Shown here: positions 9,201-16,519 of the stretch, piece after piece
Position numbering within the stretch: the stretch's first letter is position 1
Layout: each line of letters begins with the position of its first letter
From: a virus
Taxonomy: Duplodnaviria > Caudoviricetes
Direction: 5' to 3' (one strand)
IMG/VR virus record: IMGVR_UViG_3300043449_000705
Coordinates: 1 to 28,843 of that record
DNA length: 28,843 bases
Made by a program: the position numbers and the translations under genes
The notes under the pieces: model-generated
Told to the model about the DNA's origin: nothing
The model's input: only the letters and a program-made list of their open reading frames with translations
Databases searched by the model: none

Positions 9201-11603
9201 GCCGCTGGCCAGACGCCGGTTGTGCAGAAACTGAACGACCTCTGGGATGCCGTCGAAAGTCGGGGTGACAAAGGCCTGGTCCTTCGCCTGCCCCGTCATG
9301 AACTCCAACACCGTGGAATTTGTCTCTGCTTCGGTGAGGCCCAGGCCTTCAATAACGCCGCTGAATACCTGCTTGCCGTAGGGCTTGGCCATTGCGGCTT
9401 GGTTCAGGACTTGCTGCGGCTCGCGGGCCATCGCAGTGTCCTTGAACGGTTTGCTCACCGGCGCGCTGCGCGGCTTGCGTGCAAACCCGAACCGCTCGTA
9501 GAACTCAACCAGTCGGGCTTTGTCGCCGCCCAGTTGGCTGGACGCACCAAGCTCGATACGCTGCCCTGTCGCGTCGGCGTAGGCGACCAGTGCCTGCATC
9601 GCCTGCGTGCCGACACCTTGCGAGCGCTGCCCTCCTGGCACGACGATCTGTTTAAGCGTGATGACGCCGTTCTTCTCAGAAACGGAGTTGCGGATGCCAG
9701 CGGCGTCCCACTGCGCGGTGACGTCGGCCAGGGTGCCCCCGGCGTTCAACACACCGCCCTGCCCCACCTGCTTGGCTGCAACCTTCAGGCTGTAGCGCTG
9801 GTAGAGCTCGGTGGGCGTCATGCCCGTGCGGGCGGCCATGGTCGAAAAGAAGTTCGACTGCAGCGTGGCGTAAGCCTCGTTCACGTCAGCCGTGAACCGG
9901 CCGGTGCTGCTCAGTTGGCCCAAGATCTCGGTGCGCACAGCCTCGCTGCTTTGCTGCCAGGCCTGGGTGTCGGCGGCCTGCTGCATCACGCGGTCGGCTT
10001 CTTGCTGCAGGTACTGCTCGGCTTGCTTGCTGGCCTGGTCAGCATCGGCCAGGGACATGGCGTCGGGCGCGCTGCGGGCGTTCTGCAAAAACACCTGCTC
10101 GAGCGGGGTGCCCGGCAGGTAGGTCAGGGCCTCGGCCACGGGCACTTCGATTGTGCCGTTGCTGGTCGCCGCTTCCTGCAGCTGCTCGACAGTGGACGGC
10201 AGGATCTGTGCCAGCTCCTCGGCGGTGGCGGATTGCAGCAGCACTTGCGCGTCGATGTACACCGACTGGGGCGTGCCGTCGGCACCCTCGCCCATGGCGG
10301 TGACCAGTTGCTCGAATGTTTCGGGGTTGCGGTCGCGCAGCTTGGACTGCGACGCGGTTTGCAGTGCTTCGGTCAGGCGCTGGCCTTCGGTCTGGGCGCG
10401 ATCGATGGCGCTCTCGCGTTCCACCAGCTTGCGCTGCAGGGTGGCCCCGGCCTCACTCACGGCCTGGAAGCCACCGCCCATGGACAGGCCCGCCAGCAGG
10501 CCTTGCGCTGCGGCCTTGCCCACGCCCTCGCCCAGGGGGCGATCGGTGGCCCAGTTCTGCCACAGCTGTTCCTGCATGGACTGGGGCAGTTCTTCAAACA
10601 CCCCCTCAGAAATACCGGCCCCGGCGATGCGGCTGGCGAAGCCACGCTGCAGCGTCTTGGCCATCGCGCTGTCAACGCCGCGCGCGACCAGGGCAGTGTC
10701 AACGTCAGCCAGGCCCAAGCGCTGGGCGGCACGTCCACCAACAGCACCAAACAGCGCGGTGCCTGCGCCCGACATGGTCGAAGCAAACACCTGCTTTGCG
10801 GACAGCAAACCGTCGTCGGTCTCGCCGCGGATCTGTTCGGCGGATGCGCCCGCGCCCATCAGGCCCTCGCCGAACGCAGCGGCCAGCCAGGGGGCGAGCT
10901 TTGGTGCGGCGGCCAGTAGGCCACGGCCCAGCGCTGCGCCGCCCAGCATCTGCGGAGCGGACTCGCCCACGGTGGTGGCAATCGTGCTGGGGTTGGACAG
11001 CATCGCACCCAGCGTGTTGATGAAACCATCGGCCTCGCGCACGGCCTCGTTGGACTGCTGCTGGGCGGGCGAGAACAGTGTGTCGAGCAGCTTTTGCGTT
11101 TCAGCAAAACGCACGCCCGTGGCCTCGACGCCTTTACCGGCATAGCCGCCGGTCAAGATGTCGGCCAGGCCAACGAAGGCTTGAGGCAGGCCGACAGCGC
11201 CCTTCAGCGCCACGACGCCGACGTCACCCAAGGTGCCCAGGGCCGTGCGGTCCGCGCGTGCGCCCATGGTGGACTCGATCTTTTTGAGGGGTTGCACGTC
11301 GTCGTGCGCCTGGCTTGCCAGGTCTTGACGGTTGCGCATCTCGCGCAGCAGCACGGGCGATGTCTTCACCTGCTGGTCGATGTCCTCGACCATGGCCTGC
11401 ATGCGCACGTCCATGAGGTTGCGCGCGACCACGTCTTGCGGCAGGCCCATACGTTTGGACAGTTGGCTGGCTTGCGCCGCCTGGTCGGGGTTACCGGGCA
11501 CGGCCCGCTCAAGCACCGTGCGGATGGGTGGGCCTGAGTCCGGCAGAGCCGACAGCGGGTCAAATTGCGTTGCAGGCGTTGCGCTGGTCGGATCAAAAGC
11601 CAT
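3246..11603 (-). CDS. Large polyvalent internal virion/DNA-ejection protein (about 2785 aa): LPD22-like N-terminus, hydrophobic Gly/Ala-rich region, GNAT, HhH-GPD glycosylase-like, ART-PolyVal-like ADP-ribosyltransferase, HExxH zincin-like domain, long helical C-terminus
   Basis: Start placed at 11603 (TGATG overlap with the upstream stop) rather than 11618. Motifs: QRSQGVGTQAM..LVEFYERFGF (GNAT); GPKIG..VTMDMWFMR..LQALIW (HhH-GPD-like); VRTPEFKAWFGDW..GEPLVVYHGT..GVFLT..NIRNP..VAFDPTQIKS (ART-PolyVal-like); TFLHESGH..HERWAESFEQY (zincin). It occupies the position of the third ejection gene before the tail fibre. Confidence 0.88.
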   Translation of the reverse strand: MAFDPTSATPATQFDPLSALPDSGPPIRTVLERAVPGNPDQAAQASQLSKRMGLPQDVVARNLMDVRMQAMVEDIDQQVKTSPVLLREMRNRQDLASQAHDDVQPLKKIESTMGARADRTALGTLGDVGVVALKGAVGLPQAFVGLADILTGGYAGKGVEATGVRFAETQKLLDTLFSPAQQQSNEAVREADGFINTLGAMLSNPSTIATTVGESAPQMLGGAALGRGLLAAAPKLAPWLAAAFGEGLMGAGASAEQIRGETDDGLLSAKQVFASTMSGAGTALFGAVGGRAAQRLGLADVDTALVARGVDSAMAKTLQRGFASRIAGAGISEGVFEELPQSMQEQLWQNWATDRPLGEGVGKAAAQGLLAGLSMGGGFQAVSEAGATLQRKLVERESAIDRAQTEGQRLTEALQTASQSKLRDRNPETFEQLVTAMGEGADGTPQSVYIDAQVLLQSATAEELAQILPSTVEQLQEAATSNGTIEVPVAEALTYLPGTPLEQVFLQNARSAPDAMSLADADQASKQAEQYLQQEADRVMQQAADTQAWQQSSEAVRTEILGQLSSTGRFTADVNEAYATLQSNFFSTMAARTGMTPTELYQRYSLKVAAKQVGQGGVLNAGGTLADVTAQWDAAGIRNSVSEKNGVITLKQIVVPGGQRSQGVGTQAMQALVAYADATGQRIELGASSQLGGDKARLVEFYERFGFARKPRSAPVSKPFKDTAMAREPQQVLNQAAMAKPYGKQVFSGVIEGLGLTEAETNSTVLEFMTGQAKDQAFVTPTFDGIPEVVQFLHNRRLASGLPVLDIKNEADREKLATLISAEALAAIQNAGDSLQWYDKTINAMLAQMAVKYPELDTDPNARNALILATAIGSQGMNVETNLTFAQEQYAEFRKTGKFPEIGKGESSAAMANSFAVANKLIEKMGHTAFIEFLKTPYTVKQLTEMGYEIGGEKMDEMVLGSSIFGPKIGFGFYTNLTGNFEPVTMDMWFMRTIGRLSGTLPAFNQAKFDKQIERFRAGLTVRGKATAGIFSSQFDKDLVKLAKTDLDAAMKLARQVKSAHERDFKNNRADYDAGKRAKSEMVAAADTMILSMDKPRDVPGSGGERQLLRDVVRQVVAKVEQQYGQRIPPAALQALIWYPEQELWSALGVKLAVTSQDYAGAAKKILLKDGIDEAKLDAAIRAATGTAGEPGPGGVQPVSGSADARENRRFGGQDGGTGVGSQDGVLNQEGPLLAPNGQPSNLTPELYALVRTPEFKAWFGDWEAFAGMQGGVWNDANGEVSKAVDKNGEPLVVYHGTDKGGFTEFNTPSGSQRGDLGVFLTPNREMARSYVKRGRGTNLSRGEVLTFNDAGVAASGVYPLFVNIRNPYETDFEGAMWTGERLGQYVVLDENGDQLSTDDGTMYFDLFDDANTFARQNGGKVESAPDGYETTDNAVREARRNGNDGAVIRRVVDDGGGNSAYMGEPSDVFVAFDPTQIKSVENFGSFNPADPNIYKQGPRGTFSPSQLLLTLNENADLSTFLHESGHFFLEVLADLSSQPNAPQQIQDDMAATLKWFGVPDLATWNGYTLDQKRPYHERWAESFEQYLFEGKAPSPELQPLFRRFRSWLVNVYQSLTQFMRARDLKVNDEVRQVFDRLVATDEQIAQAEEAAGMLPDFDATNEAIEQLQARSLRDLKWTVKARGKVLKALEKEAKTLRKEVEAEVRAEVEQQPLYKAMNWLKKGETTDPATGDVVKAEKGYRLQTTALAEMYPDTMLARPDLTGLRGMTGKEGLHPDMVADMFGFESGDKLVRAILDAEPIASVIEGMTDQRMLERHGDLATPEAREAAANEAVHNEARARSLATELKSQAEMLNPRQDTGRTASNGRAITVNAITAAAKQFAENLAARRRIKDLKSAAWQHRSAEARAGKAWQAATAKADTQAAVQAKRDQVLNNAAVKALQDAQLEVRKIVEFFKRVTKGNDEKVVERGRDPDVVNAMRAILAAYDVAPRLEKTALAYMETVAKNDPAMYAALQPSVQGAMLNAKPMVEMTMEELRGLNDELRAMWVLAKRSRQMEVDGNLLDIEDAADQLVERMGEIGIPDTIPGEKGAITDKQERGIKLQFAKAILSRVEQWSERLDGKFGGPFLRLVFQPIKDAADRYRTDKQAYRKKFAELVKNVAPSLPAGPIEAPELGYTFGNARDSGAAELLHAILHTGNDSNKRKLLLGRGWATQDAEGNLDTTQWDAFIQRMQAEGKVNKAHYDFAQGVWDLLEEMKPLAQETHRKVLGRYFAEVTANEVVTPFGTYRGGYVPAQTDSRLVKDAKLRELAEGENESMAYAFPSAPSGFTKGRVEYNQPLLLDLRALGQHMDKVLLFSHMQGAVTDVRRLLTNKRVSYALDRIDPGAYEGMLIPWLNRSARQVVETPVVGDRKISRFLSAARSRAGMALMFANLSNTVQQITGFTLASVKIKPGLMMSATARFMADPKAMKTTVAEASPYMKDRMLNEVGAMNDAIEEILIDPTLLERGQAWTQRHAYFMQAAVDNTMSPIIWTAAYNQAIEQGLENKEAVRFADGVIRQTQGTTLPEDISRFESGPGYARLFTQFVSYFNMMANTNATAVKQIADEVGLKKGAGKVLYVAIAGLLAPIWVAEAIAQVFRGGPEDEDKDGWLDDWLLAVFGLGTLKGLTAQIPIVGQAGQLVINRFNDNPADDKFSLSPAVSLIESTVSAPSSVYKAIVEDGNKQRAVRDVAAAATMITGLPIYGVARPIGYLAGIAGGNIEPTGPADLARGLVTGTASPESKQR
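7922..8086 (-). CDS. Nested +1-frame small acidic protein (54 aa) inside the polyvalent gene; candidate antidote/inhibitor
   Basis: TAAGGA-8 nt-ATG. MKQNSTQQSEPQPAQQENLDQVEYNQFLEALMPEKIDDLAAKTAELASAPKTVS*. By hand count 43/54 codons end in G/C, against 18/55 in the host frame over the same bases. Confidence 0.65.
   Translation of the reverse strand: MKQNSTQQSEPQPAQQENLDQVEYNQFLEALMPEKIDDLAAKTAELASAPKTVS
8095..8150 (-). promoter_or_regulatory. Internal expression signals for the nested ORF: weak sigma70-like TTGGCA-N15-TATGCT, 15-bp palindrome AAGAAGA-N-TCTTCTT (8100-8114), SD TAAGGA (8100-8095)
   Basis: Locally AT-rich patch in a GC-rich gene. The palindrome and SD are directly visible. The promoter spacing (15 nt) is suboptimal, so that part is weak. 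Confidence 0.4.
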
Positions 11604-13168
11604 CAGAGGTTTTCCCATTTATCGTTGCCAAGGTACCTGGCACGGTTACCGTTTTTGTCGACGTAAGTTTTACCGGTCTCAAACTGGGCGACCGGTGGCT
11701 TGCTGGCGTTGGGACCAGGTACGAATTTGGCGTTGGCGCGATCTGCGTCAGACAGCTGCCACTTCTTGACGTCGGAGAACTGATACCACGCGTTGTCGCG
11801 GCGCATCATCAGGTCGTCGATGATGGCCTTCTGCTCTTTGTCGGTTGGGTTGCGCGAGTTCTTTTCCTTGAACTCAAACAGGCGGTTATAGAACACCTGC
11901 TCAAACTGGCCCTTTTTGTCGGCCTTCATGTCCTTGGTGTACGAGCCCACGAGCTGCGCGCTCGTCACGACGTTCTTGTCTTTGGTGATCGAGCGCTGCA
12001 AGGTGGCGATCTGCTCGAGGTCGCTGCCGCTGATCCTCTCGGTCATCGTGACCAGTTTCAGCGTGGCGAACTGGTCAGGGTTTTCGCGCGCCATGTCGTA
12101 GATGCGGGCCAACTCGTCGGGGTTGGTCTTGACCGGCTTGCCCGCAGCCAGGCGCTCGGAGCGAGTGCGCTGGGCTTCTTGCAACTGCACGCGCTCGCGG
12201 CCCGACATGGCGCTTAAGATCGCCTCGGGCGTCTTTTGCCCGGTTGCAAAGTTTTGCCAGGCCTTGTCAGCGGCGGCGTTCTCCCGCTCCTGCTCGGCCT
12301 GCTTGACCAGGGCGTAGTTGTTGCGCACCTGGTTGAGCGTCTTTTCGCGGCGCTGCGGGTCGGTGATCTTGGCGGCCTCGGCCAGCTGCTCGCTCAGAGG
12401 TTTGCCCGCCATGGCGGCGGCCGTCTGCGTGGCGAACTGGTTGTCGGCCTCACCTTTGAGCACTTGCTCAACGCGGGCCTGGTTCTGGAACCCGACCTCG
12501 GCCTTGTTGGCGTCGTAGTAGGCCTGCGCGGCCTGGGCGTTGTTTTCGGCCAGCTTGCTGATCTGCGCCAAGTGCATCGCCGACAGGTTTTTGCCCGCCT
12601 CGGCCTGCACTTGCTCGGTGGTCCAGCCCTTGCGCGCGCCGAGCACGGCGGCCTTGTCGCGGATCTGCACGGCGGTGCTCGCCACATCGCCCGAGGTCAC
12701 CCCGAACTGGATCGTGGTCGCCACGTCGGCGCTGTAGGTCTCATCGGCGTGGCGCTCTTTCTCGGCCATGGTGAACGTCTGCACGTTGCCCAGGGCGGCG
12801 GTCTGCTTGGCGCGCAGGCTTTGCGAGGCGAGCGACTTTGCGCGGGGGTCAAGCTCCTTGCCCGCGTTCTCGGCGGCGCTCTTCCACCAGGCCTCGGCGG
12901 CGGGCACGTAGCCGTCGGCGTTGGCCCCGCGGTATTTGTTGCGGTTTTCCGCGTCCCACTTCATCCACTCGCTGGTGATCTGCGACTCAGCGGTGGCAGC
13001 CTTGGCCTGCGCGTCGCGCAGGTCGATGCGGTCGGCAACCTCGGCCACTTGGCCCAGGCCTTGCGCGAGCGCGCGTGCTCCCGAGCTGACGTCGGGCGTT
13101 TGCTGCATGACAGGCTGCAGCGCCTGGGTGCGGAGTTGGCGGTCGCCGTAGACAGGAACCTGTGGCAT
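11603..13168 (-). CDS. Internal virion/ejection protein (T7 gp15-position analogue), 521 aa
   Basis: Helical, Ala/Gln-rich, with an MPQVPVY N-terminus. Lies between the gp14-like gene and the giant ejection gene and abuts both. No recognisable lysozyme motif. Confidence 0.7.
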   Translation of the reverse strand: MPQVPVYGDRQLRTQALQPVMQQTPDVSSGARALAQGLGQVAEVADRIDLRDAQAKAATAESQITSEWMKWDAENRNKYRGANADGYVPAAEAWWKSAAENAGKELDPRAKSLASQSLRAKQTAALGNVQTFTMAEKERHADETYSADVATTIQFGVTSGDVASTAVQIRDKAAVLGARKGWTTEQVQAEAGKNLSAMHLAQISKLAENNAQAAQAYYDANKAEVGFQNQARVEQVLKGEADNQFATQTAAAMAGKPLSEQLAEAAKITDPQRREKTLNQVRNNYALVKQAEQERENAAADKAWQNFATGQKTPEAILSAMSGRERVQLQEAQRTRSERLAAGKPVKTNPDELARIYDMARENPDQFATLKLVTMTERISGSDLEQIATLQRSITKDKNVVTSAQLVGSYTKDMKADKKGQFEQVFYNRLFEFKEKNSRNPTDKEQKAIIDDLMMRRDNAWYQFSDVKKWQLSDADRANAKFVPGPNASKPPVAQFETGKTYVDKNGNRARYLGNDKWENL

Positions 13169-13750
13169 TTAGGTGGTCTTTCGGGTGTAGGTGTTCCACT
13201 TGTCGGACACCATGCCCGCGCCACTGAGCAACGAGCCCCCGGCCTGCATCATGGCGTTGGTGGCATCGGCTCGGCCTTGCGACAGCATGGCCTGGCCACG
13301 GGCGCGCGAGTTCCAGGCCTCGCGGCCAGCGTTGGTGCGGGCGGTGGCGACGTCGGACTGGGTGAAGAAGTCGGTCTGGTCTTGCAGGTCGGCGGCGGTG
13401 CCATAGCCCAGATCCAGGCCCTTGCTGGTCAAGCTCACGCGCTGGGCCGACTTGAGCGCTGCACCTTTGCGCTGGATTGCGGCGGCGTCTTCCTCGCCCC
13501 GGCGCTGTGCGTCCTGGGCGGCGTACTCGGCCATCTGCGCGTTGTTGGCGGCGGTCTGCTTGGCGACCTGGCCCTGCTGGTAGGCGCTGCTGGCCGACAG
13601 CACGGTGCCACCGACGGTGGCCCCCAAAGCGATCGCTTGCGCGGCGGTCAGTGCCGAGGTCATGCCGAGGGCCGTAGCGCCCGCAGCGGTGCCGGTGCCA
13701 ATACCGGCCGCGGCAGAAGCCAGGGCGGCGAGTGTTACGGGTTCACACAT
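13169..13750 (-). CDS. Internal virion protein B-like (T7 gp14-like ejection protein), 193 aa
   Basis: MCEPVT N-terminus, hydrophobic Ala/Gly stretch, and coiled coil followed by Q..SLTSKGLDLGYGTAADL, typical of this family. Follows the GNAT gene. Confidence 0.78.
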   Translation of the reverse strand: MCEPVTLAALASAAAGIGTGTAAGATALGMTSALTAAQAIALGATVGGTVLSASSAYQQGQVAKQTAANNAQMAEYAAQDAQRRGEEDAAAIQRKGAALKSAQRVSLTSKGLDLGYGTAADLQDQTDFFTQSDVATARTNAGREAWNSRARGQAMLSQGRADATNAMMQAGGSLLSGAGMVSDKWNTYTRKTT

Positions 13751-13752
13751 GG

Positions 13753-14214
13753 TCAGGCTCGCATTTCAAAACGGTGGAAGGGTTCGCCGAGCGCGCCGAA
13801 CGGTGCGGCTTCGTGCAAGGTGAACCCCAGACGGCGCAACCAGCGCACGCTGGTGGTGTTGTGCGCGTGCACGAAGTTCACCAGGTGGGGGAACGCCTTT
13901 AGCATTCGGGCAATGTACTCGGGGGTGCTGCGGACAAGGACACGCTGGTGCCGATCGAGCACGGGCGTGCCGAGCATCCAGGGCGAGCCGATGCCGGTGA
14001 GGATGTTGATCGGGGCGCAGCCCAGGATCGCGGCCAGCTCACCATCAATGAACGCGCTCCAGCACAGCACCGAGCGGTTGACGCTCGCCTCGATGCCTGC
14101 GGCGATGTCGCCCCGGTCGTAGGCCCGGCACTCGGCCAGGTCGGAGGGGCGAAGGTGGGCGAAGAGCTCGGCGGCGTCGCCGGGCTTGGTGGGTCGGATC
14201 AGGACCTCACCCAC
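13753..14214 (-). CDS. GNAT-fold internal virion protein A-like (T7 gp13/DUF2833-like), 153 aa
   Basis: LRPSDLAEC, GSPWMLGT and LVNFVHAHNTTSVRWLRRLGF motifs. GTG start overlapping the nozzle stop. Synteny fits. Confidence 0.82.
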   Translation of the reverse strand: MGEVLIRPTKPGDAAELFAHLRPSDLAECRAYDRGDIAAGIEASVNRSVLCWSAFIDGELAAILGCAPINILTGIGSPWMLGTPVLDRHQRVLVRSTPEYIARMLKAFPHLVNFVHAHNTTSVRWLRRLGFTLHEAAPFGALGEPFHRFEMRA

Positions 14215-16519
14215 CGCTCTGCATTTCCAGGGTCATCGACAGCACCGTGAGGGGCAGTGGCAGGTCCTGCCGCACGCACAGCGCGCCGTCCTGGTTCCAG
14301 CTCGGGTCGATCGTGAGCGCGAGCTCACCGTCACGCAGCGCGGGCGGGGAGCCGTAGGGGTCGGACACGGCGCGCGCGGGGTACTCGCGCAGGCGCGTGA
14401 AGTCAGGCCCGGCCTTGACGATCGAGGACTGGCTCACGCGCAGGTGCACCTTGTTGATGTTCTTGACGGTGCCTTGGCCCGCGGCCTGGGCACCTTCCAT
14501 GGTGAGTGGGAGCGTGCGCAGGTCGGCGGTGATCGGCAGGCCGACGTGCACCACGCTGGCGGCGGTGGTGAGCGTGATCTGGCCGCTGGTGACGACCTTG
14601 GGCGGCTCGACCGCACCGTCGGCCAGGATGTTGACGGTCTTGCCCTCGAGGTGGCCCAGGCCACTCAGGGTGGTGACCGGCGTGCCGCGGTAGGTCAGGC
14701 CTGAGTCAACGAAGAACGCGTCTTCCTGCGCAGTGAAGATGCGCGAATGCAGGCGCTCGACGTAGCGCAGCGCGGTGCCGCCGACGGTGCGGCGCACCAC
14801 GACATAGAGCACGTCCTCGTTGCCCTCGGAGACGACGCACACCGACTCGAACGTGCCGTCGGTGTCGTGGGCGTGCCAGCCATAGACCTGCTGGTCGGGC
14901 ACGTAGGTCATGCCCAGCAGCGTGCCGTCGTCGCGCACGGCCCAGAGGGTCGCATCGGGCGCGCGGGTGAACGCCATCTGCGTGAGCGCATAGCCGTTGA
15001 ACCTGTGCGGGGCCATGATCGACACGTCGGTGGTGCGGTAGGCGTTGGCCTCCCAGGAGTAGGCGAGCTCCCGCACGCGCGAGCCCTGCGCCTGCACGTA
15101 GAGGATCGAGCCCGAGGTGACGACGGGCTGCACGTTGCTGGCCCCGGAGTAGCCCTGGGGCTTGATCGTCACGCTGGTGGGCGTGATGGCGGGCGCGCCC
15201 TCGGCGTAGATGCGGAACTCCCCGCCCGCGGTGAGCGCGATCAGGTCGGACAGTGCCACCAGGTGGCGGATCTGGTTGAACTGGCTGGCCGCGATGCGCA
15301 GCTCCATGCCGTCGGCCTCGCGGCTCGGGATCGAGCTGGTGAGGTTGGACTCGGTGCCGGTGCGCGTGGCCCACAGCACCTGGGGCTTGGCGTTGGTGCC
15401 TGCGAACCAGCGGCGCTGCTCGTGGTAGGTGGTGGCGGCCGGGTAGTCGTTGGCCCCTGCGTTCAACGCAATGATGTTCTCAGGCGGGGACTGGCTGGTG
15501 TCGGCCAGCACGTTGTCGTCGACCAGGGACAGGGTCGGCGTGCTTGCGGTGCCGGTGTTGACCGTGATCGGGAACACCGTTTTCTTGGCGTAGTTGAACG
15601 TGGTCGAGTTCTCGACCGTGACCTGGAACAGGCCGTCGTAGAACGTCGTGCCCGCGATCAGCACGCGGTCGCCGGTCGTGTAGCCGTGGGCGGAGCTCGT
15701 GACCACGCGCACGCGCTTGAACTTGAACAGGCCATCGCTGTCGTAGGCCACCGCGCTGCTGATCGTCTTGGGCGAGGCCCCCGAGGGCGTGACCTGGCCG
15801 ATGTAGCCGTAGATGCCCCCGCGCAGCTTGTAGACGTTGTAGCGCGCGGCCCCGTCAACACCGTCCCAGGTCAGGGTGTTGAAGTTGCCCGCCAGCGTCA
15901 GGTTGTTCAACGCGCTCACGCTGGCGCTGACCAGCGACTCGGTGACGCCGTCGGGCTGCACCGCGGTGACCACGTACTTGGTCTGGGTCAGGTTGGTGCT
16001 CACGGCCACGGTGGGCGTGGCCACGACGTTGGTGGGCACGCCACTGGGCGGGGCGAACGTGATCGCGGTCAGGGTCCAGTCGGTGGCTCCCCGGCGGGCG
16101 AGCTCGCGCGCGGCGTAGCCGGGATGCGTGATGGTGATGATGTCGGCCGACTGCGCGTGGTGGAGGTCGAACAGGTCGGCGCTTTGGTAGGGGGTGGCGA
16201 TGCTGTAGGGCAGGCCGGTGCCTGGGTCCAGGAGTGTCGCGCCCTCGATGTGAAAGCGGATGTACTCGTGCCCGAACTCCAACACGACGGTTTGGGTGGC
16301 GCTGAAGGCAAACGGGATCAGGCGCACGGCGCGCGTGGAATCCCCCGCAGCCCGGATGAACTCAAAGCCTGGACGGCGTGCGGCGGGTCCGTGCGGCAGC
16401 GTGATGAAGTTGCGGGCGAGCGAGAGCCCGGTCTGGTACTTGGTCAGGTCCAGGCGTCCGGCGAGCTCGGGCGTGATCTCGCCCCCGGCGAACGAGCGGA
16501 GCAGGAACTTGGCACTCAT
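14207..16519 (-). CDS. Tail tubular protein B / nozzle (T7 gp12-like, BPP-1-type), 770 aa
   Basis: SFAGGEITPELAGRLDL N-terminus, NF..LPHGPAARRPG, RLIPFAFS, YPAATTYHEQR, C-terminal QDLPLPLTVLS. ATGA overlap with the adaptor gene. Confidence 0.88.
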   Translation of the reverse strand: MSAKFLLRSFAGGEITPELAGRLDLTKYQTGLSLARNFITLPHGPAARRPGFEFIRAAGDSTRAVRLIPFAFSATQTVVLEFGHEYIRFHIEGATLLDPGTGLPYSIATPYQSADLFDLHHAQSADIITITHPGYAARELARRGATDWTLTAITFAPPSGVPTNVVATPTVAVSTNLTQTKYVVTAVQPDGVTESLVSASVSALNNLTLAGNFNTLTWDGVDGAARYNVYKLRGGIYGYIGQVTPSGASPKTISSAVAYDSDGLFKFKRVRVVTSSAHGYTTGDRVLIAGTTFYDGLFQVTVENSTTFNYAKKTVFPITVNTGTASTPTLSLVDDNVLADTSQSPPENIIALNAGANDYPAATTYHEQRRWFAGTNAKPQVLWATRTGTESNLTSSIPSREADGMELRIAASQFNQIRHLVALSDLIALTAGGEFRIYAEGAPAITPTSVTIKPQGYSGASNVQPVVTSGSILYVQAQGSRVRELAYSWEANAYRTTDVSIMAPHRFNGYALTQMAFTRAPDATLWAVRDDGTLLGMTYVPDQQVYGWHAHDTDGTFESVCVVSEGNEDVLYVVVRRTVGGTALRYVERLHSRIFTAQEDAFFVDSGLTYRGTPVTTLSGLGHLEGKTVNILADGAVEPPKVVTSGQITLTTAASVVHVGLPITADLRTLPLTMEGAQAAGQGTVKNINKVHLRVSQSSIVKAGPDFTRLREYPARAVSDPYGSPPALRDGELALTIDPSWNQDGALCVRQDLPLPLTVLSMTLEMQSGG

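Noticed and set aside
7116-9500. Additional nested antidote ORFs behind the GNAT and ART domains
   Set aside because: I saw no comparable low-complexity linker, SD-ATG pair or frame switch in codon bias after either domain. A computed frame-specific GC3 scan could still reveal one.
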